Source: Vulcanimicrobiota bacterium (GTDB lineage Bacteria > Vulcanimicrobiota > Vulcanimicrobiia > Vulcanimicrobiales > Vulcanimicrobiaceae). From it: a DNA stretch of 64,000 nucleotides. A model generated the notes under the pieces. It was not told the origin of the DNA. It worked only from the letters and a program-made list of their open reading frames with translations, and made no database searches. Positions 10,509 to 19,624 of this stretch are shown piece after piece. The stretch is taken from the NCBI GenBank assembly GCA_019240525.1, contig JAFAYE010000001.1:33300-97299 (forward strand), read 5' to 3'. Positions within the stretch are counted from its first letter, which is position 1. Every line of letters starts with the position of its first letter. The position numbers and the translations under genes are program-made.

Positions 10509-10607
10509 AATAAATCTTTCATCGCATTCGAAAATGTTCCTTGAGCTGGGCCAGGCTCGCTCCCTTTTGCTTGCGATCGTGGCTTGGGCAATGGGGTGTG
10601 GGTGTCG

Positions 10608-10627
10608 AGGGCCGCTTTTGCGGCCCT
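10608..10627 (-). terminator. GC-rich hairpin just downstream of the GH114 gene stop (possible terminator, no clear U-tract)
   Basis: aGGGCCGC-tttt-GCGGCCCt forms an 8-bp stem with a 4-nt loop. It lies 14 nt beyond the minus-strand stop at 10641. Confidence 0.3.
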
Positions 10628-10640
10628 ATGGGGTACAGGG

Positions 10641-11543
10641 CTAGTGGGATGATTGACAGGTAACGATCCACGAGCCTAGGTTGAGCTTTTTGAGAATCGC
10701 CGTGTCGTGATTCGTCGCGGCTTCGGGGCAGGTTTCGGTTTGAAAGCGCTGTAGGGCGACGCCGTACTCGACGTCAACGACGAGTCGGTTTGAATTACTG
10801 TAGACGTTCATCTTTTGACACCAATGCTGGATCCAGCATTGCTCGTCGACCGCGAAATCGAAGTGCGAACTCAGGTCGTCGTTTTGTCCCGGATCGTTCT
10901 TTTGGCCGACAAGCATCCCGAGGCTGTGAATCTCGCTTGCGAACCACTGATCGTATGCGAGCTGATCCTTGGCCGTGAGGGGGAAGCCGGTCTTATTGGT
11001 GTAGCCGTCGATGTTGTCGGGATCGACGCCGTCGAAACCCTTCTGCTTGCACATTTCGAAACGTTTGGTCATGATCGGCTCGAGCACCGAAAGCTGACGA
11101 ATGTCCAGCCATCGCTCGCCCGGCCAGTGCCCATCGTGATTCCCCAAAACGCCCTTGGGGAAATCTTTGGCATCGGGTCGCCAGTTCTCCCACGTGCCGA
11201 CGTCGATGTAGCAGATCACATGGCGTCCCATCTTGTGCAGCGCAGCTACCGCCGATGCTTGCTGATCGAAGCCGTCGATGTCGTAGATGTCGGCAGAAAC
11301 GCTGGTATCGATGGTTTTTCCGGTAATCTGATACTGGAACGTTTCGCCCGCGGTGGGTTTCCACTGCGAGCCCGCCGGCATAGCCGCATCGTTCGCGGGC
11401 GCGAGAGGTGTGGAAGCCGACGCGCCGGAGTTGGAAGCGGTGGCTGCGCTCGGCGCCGCAGGGAGTGTCTGCCCCGCGCACGCAGCCAAGAATACTGCAG
11501 GCAGAGCAAGCACGACGGAGTGGAGAAGGCGTAGATTCGTCAT
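10641..11543 (-). CDS. Endo-alpha-1,4-polygalactosaminidase-like glycoside hydrolase (GH114), lipoprotein
   Basis: Lipobox signal VVLALPAVFLAAC|AGQ. The GH114 core reads ICYIDVGTWENWRPDAKDFP...GERWLDIRQ...KGFDGVDPDNIDGY. Confidence 0.75.
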   Translation of the reverse strand: MTNLRLLHSVVLALPAVFLAACAGQTLPAAPSAATASNSGASASTPLAPANDAAMPAGSQWKPTAGETFQYQITGKTIDTSVSADIYDIDGFDQQASAVAALHKMGRHVICYIDVGTWENWRPDAKDFPKGVLGNHDGHWPGERWLDIRQLSVLEPIMTKRFEMCKQKGFDGVDPDNIDGYTNKTGFPLTAKDQLAYDQWFASEIHSLGMLVGQKNDPGQNDDLSSHFDFAVDEQCWIQHWCQKMNVYSNSNRLVVDVEYGVALQRFQTETCPEAATNHDTAILKKLNLGSWIVTCQSSH

Positions 11544-11623
11544 GCAGGTTAATTCGTGGAGCGCCTGCTCCTTCTTCTCATGGCGATCTCAGCTTTCGAT
11601 TTCGCGTCAGGAGGCAATGCGCG

Positions 11624-12358
11624 GTGCACCAACATAGGATTTTCCTGAGAGCTGCGGGCCTTCTTCTACCGGCGGCGACATTGATCGGCTGCACCCCATC
11701 GTCGCCGCCCTTTGCCACGACCGTTGGAATCTTGCATCGCGGGATGACGATGTCGGTGCGAATCGAGTCGGGAACCGTGAACGCGTTTCAGCCCGCGAAC
11801 GGGCAACGTCGCGATCTGTTTACGATTGCCGCAACTGCCGCGCGCGGGACGACGCCGCCTCCGCCACGCATGCGCGTCGCTCCATTGGGCATCGTCGTCC
11901 GCGCCGGAACACTCGCAGCCTTATTAGTGCGCGTCCCCGAAGGTGTGAATCTCGTCGTTGATTCGCGTCGTGGCAACGTCAACGTCACGGATATCACCGG
12001 AGACGTTCGGATCCTCGCCCAGCAAGGGAATGTCGACGTGAAGGTCCCCGGCTACGCGCAGGCGGCGGTCGGTACGGGCAGCCTAGCGGTCATGATGGGT
12101 GCGACGACGTGGCCGGGAACGCTGCATTTTTCGATTCAACATGGTGACGTCGAACTGTGGATCAGCGCAAAGGCCGCGTTCGCCGTGCACCTTCACACCG
12201 ACGACGGCACCCTTTTCACCGATTTTGGATTGCGGGGAACGTCGGCCGGGAATGCGGAAACGATCGACGGCGCTGTCAATGGCGGTTCGCCCTCGCGCAT
12301 CGACGTAGAAGCAGCGGCGGGTTCGATTCGACTCTTGCGGTTACAACCGCAGCCGTGA
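11624..12358 (+). CDS. Putative lipoprotein with DUF4097-like repetitive beta (adhesin-like) domain
   Basis: The track ORF starts at 11408 and overlaps the divergent GH114 gene. I prefer the in-frame GTG at 11624, which has AGGAGG at 11609-11614. That start gives a lipobox signal, LLLPAATLIGC|TPS. The body has repeated short strands: NLVVDSRRGNVNVTDITGDVRILAQQGNVDVKV...HGDVELWIS. Confidence 0.55.
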   Translation: MHQHRIFLRAAGLLLPAATLIGCTPSSPPFATTVGILHRGMTMSVRIESGTVNAFQPANGQRRDLFTIAATAARGTTPPPPRMRVAPLGIVVRAGTLAALLVRVPEGVNLVVDSRRGNVNVTDITGDVRILAQQGNVDVKVPGYAQAAVGTGSLAVMMGATTWPGTLHFSIQHGDVELWISAKAAFAVHLHTDDGTLFTDFGLRGTSAGNAETIDGAVNGGSPSRIDVEAAAGSIRLLRLQPQP

Positions 12359-13258
12359 CAGCAGCGCCGCTTTCGCTTTTACTAGCCATACCATCGCCTC
12401 GTTATACGGTGTCGGCGTCCCAGTGCGCCGCCCAGACGCCACCACCGCTCCGTTAATGTGATCGATCTCGCTAGGATGGCCGGACTCCAGATCGTAGGCC
12501 ATCGAACTCTTCGCGTCGGCGCCCAGCGCGATAACTTCGGTCACGTACTGCCACGGATTGACGAAAGGCAAATTGATTTTCAATGCGGCGGCGACGCTCG
12601 CGGTCTCTTCGGCCAAAGCTTCGGCCAGGCGCGCGGCATTGGGATCGCGCGGTATTTCACCGGCGTCACAGTCGAGCAGCGCGGAGAGGGCGTTCACGGA
12701 GGCGTTGGCGATGAGTTTTCCCCAGAGGTGCGGCCGAATGTCGTAGACGACCGACGCGCGCAGTCCGCTGCGCGTGAGCAGTTCTGCTACCGTGCGCGCC
12801 GTCGTCGGAGAGGCGGTCGTGGTTCCGATAATCGTGTTGCCCTGTTGCGAACTGCGCACGTGGCCGGGCCCAACCGTCTGGGAAGATTCCGTCGTGATAC
12901 CGACGATGACGGGAACCGCTCCCCCGAGCGCCGTTTTGATTGCGTCCTCGTTGCCGACCCCGTTCTGGAGCGAAATGACCGGCGCCGATGGGTCGAGCTC
13001 CCCGGCAAACGCCCGCAGCGCGCGCAACGTGTCGACCGCCTTAACGAAGAGAAAAAGCATCTTCGAACCATACAAGTCACGCGCCCGCCGGGCGATGCCG
13101 ACGCGGCGCGGCGAACCATCATTAACGCGTAGACCATCGCGTTCGACCGTGGACGCGACGGTCGGATTATCGTCGAGCATGGTCACCTCGCAACACGAGG
13201 CCAAATGATAGCCGAAGAGGGTGCCCATCGCGCCGGCGCCGATAATGCCGATGCGCAT
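12341..13258 (-). CDS. panE: 2-dehydropantoate 2-reductase (ketopantoate reductase)
   Basis: N-terminal MRIGIIGAGAMGTLFGYHLA Rossmann motif, ApbA/PanE-like length (305 aa) and C-terminal domain (SSMAYDLESGHPSEIDHINGAVV). Confidence 0.8.
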   Translation of the reverse strand: MRIGIIGAGAMGTLFGYHLASCCEVTMLDDNPTVASTVERDGLRVNDGSPRRVGIARRARDLYGSKMLFLFVKAVDTLRALRAFAGELDPSAPVISLQNGVGNEDAIKTALGGAVPVIVGITTESSQTVGPGHVRSSQQGNTIIGTTTASPTTARTVAELLTRSGLRASVVYDIRPHLWGKLIANASVNALSALLDCDAGEIPRDPNAARLAEALAEETASVAAALKINLPFVNPWQYVTEVIALGADAKSSMAYDLESGHPSEIDHINGAVVASGRRTGTPTPYNEAMVWLVKAKAALLSRLRL

Positions 13259-13260
13259 TG

Positions 13261-14823
13261 CTAAAACTGGTACTGGAACCCGAAAGTGTTGCGACGCGAA
13301 GCATGCGTGACGTCGCGCTGGCCGAAAAAGAGTTCTGCGCTCGGCGAAAGGTGGAGGTTCCCGTAGAGGTCGACCATCGGGTAGGTCAGATCGTAGATGC
13401 GGGTTTCGAAACCAAGACCGTGCAGCGGTGCGTATTGACCGAGCACTCCGACCTGCGAGTAGAGAACGCCACCGCCAACGTGAAAGGATCCTTGGTTCTT
13501 CTCCAGCACGGCATTCCAGGTGGTATTGTTGCCGATCGCGTTTGCACCGACCATGACGCTGGTACTGCTATGCGGTAGCAGCAACAGATTGATATCGCCC
13601 AGCGGGCCGCGACTGCTGGTGAGCACCGGATTGAGACCGGGGTTTTGCTGTGGCGAGAGTCCGCTCAGACGTACCTGCACGGCAACCAAATTCTGCGCAA
13701 GCGTTGCGAGCTTGCCCTGCAGCCGCGAGCGCAGTTCAGGCGAGATGCCGTTAACCGCGGGTGAGGCATGGGTTTGCGGAACGCTTGGATAGGGGGAGCC
13801 GCTGGGCACGGTCATTGGCGCGGGCGTTGCGCCGGCGTCGACCCCGTAGACGCTGCTCTTGCCGCCGAGTTCACCAAGAAGCGAGTCCGCCCGTTGCATG
13901 ACGGCGTCGAGGTTCGCGATCGTGCTGCGAAGCTGCGCTTGCGTTTGGGGATCCCCGGTTACCGTACGCAGGTCTTTCGCCAGAAGGGCCAGCGTTTGGG
14001 TTGTATCGGCGATGTTCTGCGTCGTCGCCATGATATTGGCCTTGAGACGGGGATCGGTTGCGAAGCTCTGAAGTGCCGTCATCGAGCGATTCAGCGCCGT
14101 CGCGGTCGATTGAAATTGATCGAGGAGCGCCCCAACCTTCTTCGAGTCGACCGTCGCCGAACTGTTGAGCGTCGCCGATAGCTGCACGATATTGGCGCTC
14201 GCCGCGCCAAGCGTACCTTGCAAATTGCCGCCGAGGGCGAGCAGCTCACCGGAGAGGCGATCGAGCGACGCTTTTGTCGAGAGCGTCAGGTCGTTGGCAT
14301 TGTTGAGCGTCGTCTGCAAGGTATCGAGCAGTTTCGGCGTGCGTTTTTCGACCAGAGCCATGACCGTGTCGAAACGCTTGAGTTCACCTTGTCCTTGAAC
14401 GAGTAGATCGGCGACCGATGCGCCGTTGATGCCTTGGGGCTGGTCGGCGATCGGCAAGACTTGCCGCGGAAGCAGCGCGAGCGGCGGCTTCTGCTGCGGC
14501 GGAAAGATGATGAGCGACGGCGAGCCGGTCAGCGACGATTGGATGAGGAATTTCGACGCGGCCGGAATGTCCACGTCGCGATTGACGGCCAAGATGACGT
14601 CGACGGTATTATCGGCGAGCAAAACGACCGAATCGACCGAGCCGACATCGACGCCGCTGAAATAGACCACGGCACCCGTGGTCAGCCCGGCCGCCGACTG
14701 AAAGTGCACGCCTATGCGATAACCGGTGTGCCGGGTGCCGAAATCCGTCACGACGTAAAAGATTCCAAAGAGCAGAAGCAGTGCGACGATCGCGAATGCG
14801 CCTACTTGTGCTTGCCTGGTCAT
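13261..14823 (-). CDS. mlaD: Long-form MlaD / MCE-domain protein (520 aa) with helical stalk and C-terminal beta-barrel-like domain
   Basis: TM helix AFAIVALLLLFGIFYVV. The MCE domain reads YRIGVHFQSAAGLTTGAVVYFSGVDVGSVDSVVLLADNTVDVILAVNRDVDIP. About 260 aa of Leu/Thr/Ala/Gln-rich helical sequence follows. The last ~130 aa have an alternating-hydrophobic strand pattern ending ...NTFGFQYQF. Confidence 0.85.
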   Translation of the reverse strand: MTRQAQVGAFAIVALLLLFGIFYVVTDFGTRHTGYRIGVHFQSAAGLTTGAVVYFSGVDVGSVDSVVLLADNTVDVILAVNRDVDIPAASKFLIQSSLTGSPSLIIFPPQQKPPLALLPRQVLPIADQPQGINGASVADLLVQGQGELKRFDTVMALVEKRTPKLLDTLQTTLNNANDLTLSTKASLDRLSGELLALGGNLQGTLGAASANIVQLSATLNSSATVDSKKVGALLDQFQSTATALNRSMTALQSFATDPRLKANIMATTQNIADTTQTLALLAKDLRTVTGDPQTQAQLRSTIANLDAVMQRADSLLGELGGKSSVYGVDAGATPAPMTVPSGSPYPSVPQTHASPAVNGISPELRSRLQGKLATLAQNLVAVQVRLSGLSPQQNPGLNPVLTSSRGPLGDINLLLLPHSSTSVMVGANAIGNNTTWNAVLEKNQGSFHVGGGVLYSQVGVLGQYAPLHGLGFETRIYDLTYPMVDLYGNLHLSPSAELFFGQRDVTHASRRNTFGFQYQF

Positions 14824-14835
14824 GAACCATCCATT

Positions 14836-15606
14836 CTAGATCGGAATCGGACCCACTTCTGACCCCTGCAGAAACTGCGCGACGATGGGGTTTCGTGAGT
14901 TCTGGATGCGAGTGGCCGTATCGTAAGCGATAATCGCGCCCTCGAAGAGCATTGCAACGTAGTCGGCCATCGCAAAGATCGATGGCAGGTCGTGCGAGAT
15001 GACTACGGCGGTTCCCTTGAGTTTCTGGCGCAGCTTGAGAATTGTATCCGTGATGAGATTGGTGACGATCGGGTCGAGCCCCGTGGTGGGCTCGTCGTAG
15101 AGAACGAGCTCGGGGCGCGTGACGATTGCCCGGGCGAATCCGGCGCGCTTGAGCATCCCACCGGAGAGTTCCGCGGGAAGATTATCGTACGCGTCAACCA
15201 GTCCGACGCTCTCGAGCGCATCCATGACCGCGCGGCGGATCTCCGCGTCCGATAGCGTGCTGTGTTCGCGCAACGGAAGCGCGACGTTCTCGCCGACCGT
15301 GAGGCTGTCGAGCAAGGCCGAAAATTGAAACGACAGGCTTATTTTCTGGCGCACGGTGTTGCGTTGCTCCTCGGTCATGTGGCAGATATCCTGACCGCGA
15401 ACGTAGACGTGGCCGGCATTGGGGAGCAAAAGCCCGTCGAGCAAACGCAGAATCGTCGACTTACCGGCTCCCGAAAGACCGATGATACAGGTGATCGCCC
15501 CTTCGACCAGGTCGAGGTTGCAATTCTCCAGCACGACGCGCTCGCCAAACGAAAGGTTGACTCCCTCCATGCGAGCGATCAGGCGCGGCCCCGTGCGATC
15601 GATCAT
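14836..15606 (-). CDS. mlaF: ABC transporter ATP-binding protein MlaF
   Basis: Walker A GLSGAGKST, signature LSGGMLKRAGFARA and Walker B LVLYDEPTTGLD. It sits between mlaE and mlaD. Confidence 0.9.
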   Translation of the reverse strand: MIDRTGPRLIARMEGVNLSFGERVVLENCNLDLVEGAITCIIGLSGAGKSTILRLLDGLLLPNAGHVYVRGQDICHMTEEQRNTVRQKISLSFQFSALLDSLTVGENVALPLREHSTLSDAEIRRAVMDALESVGLVDAYDNLPAELSGGMLKRAGFARAIVTRPELVLYDEPTTGLDPIVTNLITDTILKLRQKLKGTAVVISHDLPSIFAMADYVAMLFEGAIIAYDTATRIQNSRNPIVAQFLQGSEVGPIPI

Positions 15607-15626
15607 TCCTTGCAGCCTCTAGCCTC

Positions 15627-16397
15627 CTAGCCGAAGAACAGAAACGAGAGTACGAAGTTCGACGCGAAGATGAGAATGATCGCCAGCACGACGGCACCGG
15701 TTACCGCCTGACCGACGCCGGCCGCGCCGCCGCGGGTTGAAAGCCCCTGGTAGGCTCCAACGAGCGCGATGATCGCTGCAAAGACGAATGCTTTGACCAA
15801 TCCTTTGATCACGTCGCTGAAATCGATCGTCTGCCGGACCGAGGAAATGAACGAGTCGTACGAGATGTGCGCGTAGGTCTGGGCAATCCACATTCCCCCG
15901 ACAATCGAGACAACGTCGGCAAAAATCGTTAGAAGCGGCAGCATCAGGAGCAGCGCGAGGAGCCGCGGTACCACCAAAAATCGCGCGGGCTGCAGGCCCA
16001 TCGAGCGCAAGGCCTCGATCTGCTCGGTCACGACCATCGATCCAAGTTCCGCAGCAATGGCTGAGCCGACGCGTCCGGCGACGACGACAGCGGTCAGCAT
16101 CGGGCCAAGCTCGCGAACCGATCCGTAGGCGACCGCGCCGCCGACGAAGCTGCCGAAACCGTAGGCCACCGCCTGCTGTGCGGACTCGAGCGAGATGACC
16201 ATGCCGGTGAACAATGCGGTAAGCATCACGATGACGACGGACTGCACGCCAAGGATCGCACACTGCGCCACGGTTTCGCCAACGCGGATGCGCAGGCGCG
16301 CCATGAAGCCAACGGACTCGGCGCCCAGGAGCGTCACGCCGCCGGCATATTCGAAGAAGTTTGTCGTGGCTCGTCCAAAACGATCGAGAATTCTCAC
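15627..16397 (-). CDS. mlaE: ABC transporter permease MlaE
   Basis: 256 aa, MlaE/YrbE family pattern (VVTEQIEALRSMGLQP...LLMLPLLTIFADVVSIVGG). The GTG start overlaps the stop of the upstream ORF (GTGA at 16394-16397). Confidence 0.9.
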   Translation of the reverse strand: MRILDRFGRATTNFFEYAGGVTLLGAESVGFMARLRIRVGETVAQCAILGVQSVVIVMLTALFTGMVISLESAQQAVAYGFGSFVGGAVAYGSVRELGPMLTAVVVAGRVGSAIAAELGSMVVTEQIEALRSMGLQPARFLVVPRLLALLLMLPLLTIFADVVSIVGGMWIAQTYAHISYDSFISSVRQTIDFSDVIKGLVKAFVFAAIIALVGAYQGLSTRGGAAGVGQAVTGAVVLAIILIFASNFVLSFLFFG

Positions 16398-16735
16398 GCC
16401 GAACCCTCTTCTGCGCCGGAGAGCGCCTCCAAAACGTCGCCTGTGCCTTCGATCCGCTTGACGGCGACGGCGCGTTCGGCCGTTAAGTTGAATTGAACCT
16501 GATTGACGCGATCGAGACGGCGATCGACGTCGCGGAGCTGCGCACGCGCCTCTCGATCGAAGCCCACGAAGTAACGCCGCACTTCATGAAGATAGGCTGT
16601 GCGCATCCCGTCGTCCAGGACGCCGGTCGAAATCGCGGTCTCGATTTCGCGCTGCGCGCGCTTCATTGCACGATCGGTGATGTGAAAGGTGCCGACGCGC
16701 TTAACCAACTCGAGGAGAGCGTAGTCAAACGGCAT
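16394..16735 (-). CDS. Hypothetical helical protein (113 aa), translationally coupled to mlaE
   Basis: The ATG at 16735 ([11 protein letters not shown]...) lies 11 nt inside the rph 3' end. Its TGA overlaps the mlaE GTG. It is not STAS/MlaB-like by eye. The track start at 16789 would overlap rph further. Confidence 0.45.
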   Translation of the reverse strand: MPFDYALLELVKRVGTFHITDRAMKRAQREIETAISTGVLDDGMRTAYLHEVRRYFVGFDREARAQLRDVDRRLDRVNQVQFNLTAERAVAVKRIEGTGDVLEALSGAEEGSA

Positions 16736-17459
16736 GAGCGGGCGCGTCGAGCGCGGCATGCTGCAAGGCGAAGAGCCCGCGGATTCCACCCTCGGCCAAC
16801 GCGAGCAGTGCGTCGAGGTCTCGCCGGTCGAAGGGCGACGCTTCGGCGGTCCCTTGCAGCTCTACAAAACGACCCGCATCGGTCATGAACACGTTCATAT
16901 CGACGAGGGCCCGACTATCCTCGTCGTACGCGAGATCGAGCAGTGGTTGATTGCCAACGATGCCGACGCTGATCGCCGCAACCGTCGCGCTCAGGGGCCA
17001 TCGCAGTCGATCTGATGGGTCGAAGCGCGTGCGCAGTGCGAGCGCCAGCGCGACCCATGCGCCGGTGACCGCTGCGGTACGGGTCCCACCGTCGGCTTGA
17101 ATGACGTCGCAATCGAGCCAGACCGTTCGTTCGCCAAGTTTGGCCATATCGGTCACGGCTCGCAATGCACGCCCGATGATGCGCTGAATCTCCTGGGTGC
17201 GGCCGCCCAAGCGTCCCTTGGCCGCTTCCCGCTGCGTGCGATCGTGGGTTGCGCGCGGCAGCATGGCGTACTCCGCGGTGACCCATCCGACCCCACGCCC
17301 CTTCATCCAGGCCGGGACCCGGTCTTCGAGCGATGCTGCGCAGATGCACTTCGTATTGCCGAGCGTGATAAGCGCGCTGCCTTCCGCATACTTGAGGAAG
17401 CCGGGCTCGATCGTTACCGGCCGAAGCTCGTCGGAACGCCGCCCGTCCGAACGGATCAT
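16725..17459 (-). CDS. rph: Ribonuclease PH
   Basis: [43 protein letters not shown]...[41 protein letters not shown] is a canonical RNase PH sequence. Confidence 0.95.
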   Translation of the reverse strand: MIRSDGRRSDELRPVTIEPGFLKYAEGSALITLGNTKCICAASLEDRVPAWMKGRGVGWVTAEYAMLPRATHDRTQREAAKGRLGGRTQEIQRIIGRALRAVTDMAKLGERTVWLDCDVIQADGGTRTAAVTGAWVALALALRTRFDPSDRLRWPLSATVAAISVGIVGNQPLLDLAYDEDSRALVDMNVFMTDAGRFVELQGTAEASPFDRRDLDALLALAEGGIRGLFALQHAALDAPAHAV

Positions 17460-17465
17460 AGGTCG

Positions 17466-19307
17466 TTATTCGACCGTAACCGTCTTCGCGAGATTCCGCG
17501 GCTGGTCGACGTCTTTGCCCTCGATATCGGCAATGTGATAGGCGAGCAGCTGCAGCGGAATGACGTTGACGATCGGTGAGAGCAGCTCGTCGACCTTCGG
17601 AACTTCAAAGACGTGATCGCTGACGCTGCGGAGTTCGTGATCGTCCCGATTGGCCACGACGATAACCGGCGCTTCGCGGGCCTTGGACTCCATCAAATTC
17701 GAGATCATCTTTTCGCGGACGCGATCCTCGGTGGCGATACCGATCACCGGAACCGTTGAATCGAGCAGCGCGATCGGGCCGTGCTTCATTTCCCCCGCCG
17801 GGTAGCCCTCGGCGTGAATGTACGAGATCTCCTTGAGTTTGAGCGCGCCCTCCAGCGCCGTCGGAAAGTTGACGTAGCGACCTATGAACAGGACACTTTG
17901 CGCTTTGCGAAGCTCGCGAGCGACCTTGCGAATTTCGTCGGAGGTGTTTAAGACAACGTCGACCGCGGCCGGCAGCAGCTTCGTACCGTCGGCAATCTCG
18001 CGCAATCGACGCTCATCGGTGCTCCCTCGCAGATGTGCGAGGTAAAGCGCGAAGAGCGTCATCGCGATGAGCTGCGAAACGTAGGTCTTGGTTGCGGCCA
18101 CGCCGATCTCCGGGCCGCCGCGCGTGAAGAGCATTCCGTCGGCCAGACGGGTGAGATGCGACCCGAGCACGTTGGAGATGCCCAGCACTCCAGAGCCGGC
18201 CGCCTTGGCGATGCGAACGGCTTCGATCGTGTCGGCGGTTTCGCCCGACTGCGACATTGCGATGACCAGCGCTGTCGGATCGATCACCGGATCGCCGTAA
18301 CGAAACTCGCTGGCCAGCTCCATTTCGACAGGCAGGCGCACGAGGGAGCGCAAGAGATACATCCCAACCATTCCCGCGTGGTAGGCGGTCCCGCATCCGG
18401 TGATCGCAATCTTGCTGATGCCCTGCAATCGCTCCCGCGTAATGGCGCCGAGTTCGTCCCCCAGGCGCACGCGGCCGGCGTCGTCGATGCGCCCGCGGAG
18501 CGTTTCCTTGATCACGTGCGGTTGTTCGAAGATTTCCTTGAGCATGAAATGCTTGAAGCCGGTCTTCTCAGCCGACGTCGCGTCCCAGGTGATGGCAATC
18601 GGGTCGCGCTCGATGCGCCCACCAACGTAATCGGAGAGCTGAAATCCATCGCGACCAACGACCGCGATCTCTCCTTCCTGCATGATAACCTCACGCCGCG
18701 TATAGGGCAGAATCGCCGGCGTGTCGGAGGCGACGTACATTTCGCCTTCGCCCAGGCCAAGCACGAGCGGACTCGCGCCGTTGCGGGCAAAAACGAGATG
18801 ATCGGGATCGTCGCTGGAGATCACACCGAGTGCGTACGCGCCGCGTACCTCGTGAACCGTTCGGCGCACCGCTTCTGCGAGATCACCGTCGTAGTGCAGC
18901 TCGATCAGATGCGCGAGGACCTCCGTATCGGTCTCGCTCGTAAAGACGTGCCCTAGCTCGAGAAGCCGGGTCCGCAATGCCGCGTAGTTTTCGATGATGC
19001 CGTTGTGGACGACCGCGATGCGGCCGTGGCAATCGAGATGCGGATGGGCGTTAGCGTCGGAAGGCGGCCCGTGCGTCGCCCAGCGCGTATGACCGATGCC
19101 GACCGCTCCGGAGAGCGGGTGCCCGTTGCTCAGGCGCTCGGCGAGCCGTGAAAGCTTTCCCTCCGCCTTCGAACCGGCCAGCGCCCCACCCGGCTCGATG
19201 ACCGCGATACCGGCGCTGTCGTACCCCCGGTACTCCAGACGCGCGAGCGCGTCCATGATGATCGGTACGCTATCGCGCTTGCCGATGTAGCCGACGATTC
19301 CGCACAT
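17466..19307 (-). CDS. glmS: Glutamine--fructose-6-phosphate aminotransferase
   Basis: Starts MCGIVGYIG (Ntn glutaminase Cys2), 613 aa, with two SIS domains and the C-terminal ...NLAKTVTVE. Confidence 0.97.
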   Translation of the reverse strand: MCGIVGYIGKRDSVPIIMDALARLEYRGYDSAGIAVIEPGGALAGSKAEGKLSRLAERLSNGHPLSGAVGIGHTRWATHGPPSDANAHPHLDCHGRIAVVHNGIIENYAALRTRLLELGHVFTSETDTEVLAHLIELHYDGDLAEAVRRTVHEVRGAYALGVISSDDPDHLVFARNGASPLVLGLGEGEMYVASDTPAILPYTRREVIMQEGEIAVVGRDGFQLSDYVGGRIERDPIAITWDATSAEKTGFKHFMLKEIFEQPHVIKETLRGRIDDAGRVRLGDELGAITRERLQGISKIAITGCGTAYHAGMVGMYLLRSLVRLPVEMELASEFRYGDPVIDPTALVIAMSQSGETADTIEAVRIAKAAGSGVLGISNVLGSHLTRLADGMLFTRGGPEIGVAATKTYVSQLIAMTLFALYLAHLRGSTDERRLREIADGTKLLPAAVDVVLNTSDEIRKVARELRKAQSVLFIGRYVNFPTALEGALKLKEISYIHAEGYPAGEMKHGPIALLDSTVPVIGIATEDRVREKMISNLMESKAREAPVIVVANRDDHELRSVSDHVFEVPKVDELLSPIVNVIPLQLLAYHIADIEGKDVDQPRNLAKTVTVE

Positions 19308-19313
19308 ACTCCG

Positions 19314-19586
19314 TTATTTGATGCCTTCGCGTGTCCGCCGGTAGTGAATTTTGCCCTCGGCGATCTCGTCGAGCGCAATCGAAACCGGCTTGTTCGGATT
19401 AATGGTATCGCTATCGACAAGCGGTTCGCTCGCGAAGTATTCGCGACGATCCGAGGCCGGTAACTGTTGCACGCGAATCCAATTATTCAACTGACGCGCG
19501 CGCTTCGTGACGACATTGACCAGGCTAAACTTCGAGTCGGCGTGCGTGAGAAGCGCATCGAGGTCGCCGAATACTGATTTGCTCAT
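19314..19586 (-). CDS. rpoZ: DNA-directed RNA polymerase subunit omega
   Basis: 90 aa from the internal ATG at 19586. Conserved SKFSLVNVVTKRARQL motif. The rest of track ORF 19314..20027 overlaps gmk and is discarded. Confidence 0.85.
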   Translation of the reverse strand: MSKSVFGDLDALLTHADSKFSLVNVVTKRARQLNNWIRVQQLPASDRREYFASEPLVDSDTINPNKPVSIALDEIAEGKIHYRRTREGIK

Positions 19587-19624
19587 AACGTATCGATCAT
19601 TCCCTATCGGTTGGCAGTGTTCTT

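Noticed and set aside
19308-19313. A glmS ribozyme or leader upstream of glmS.
   Set aside because: Only 6 nt separate the rpoZ stop from the glmS ATG, so there is no room for the ~170-nt ribozyme.
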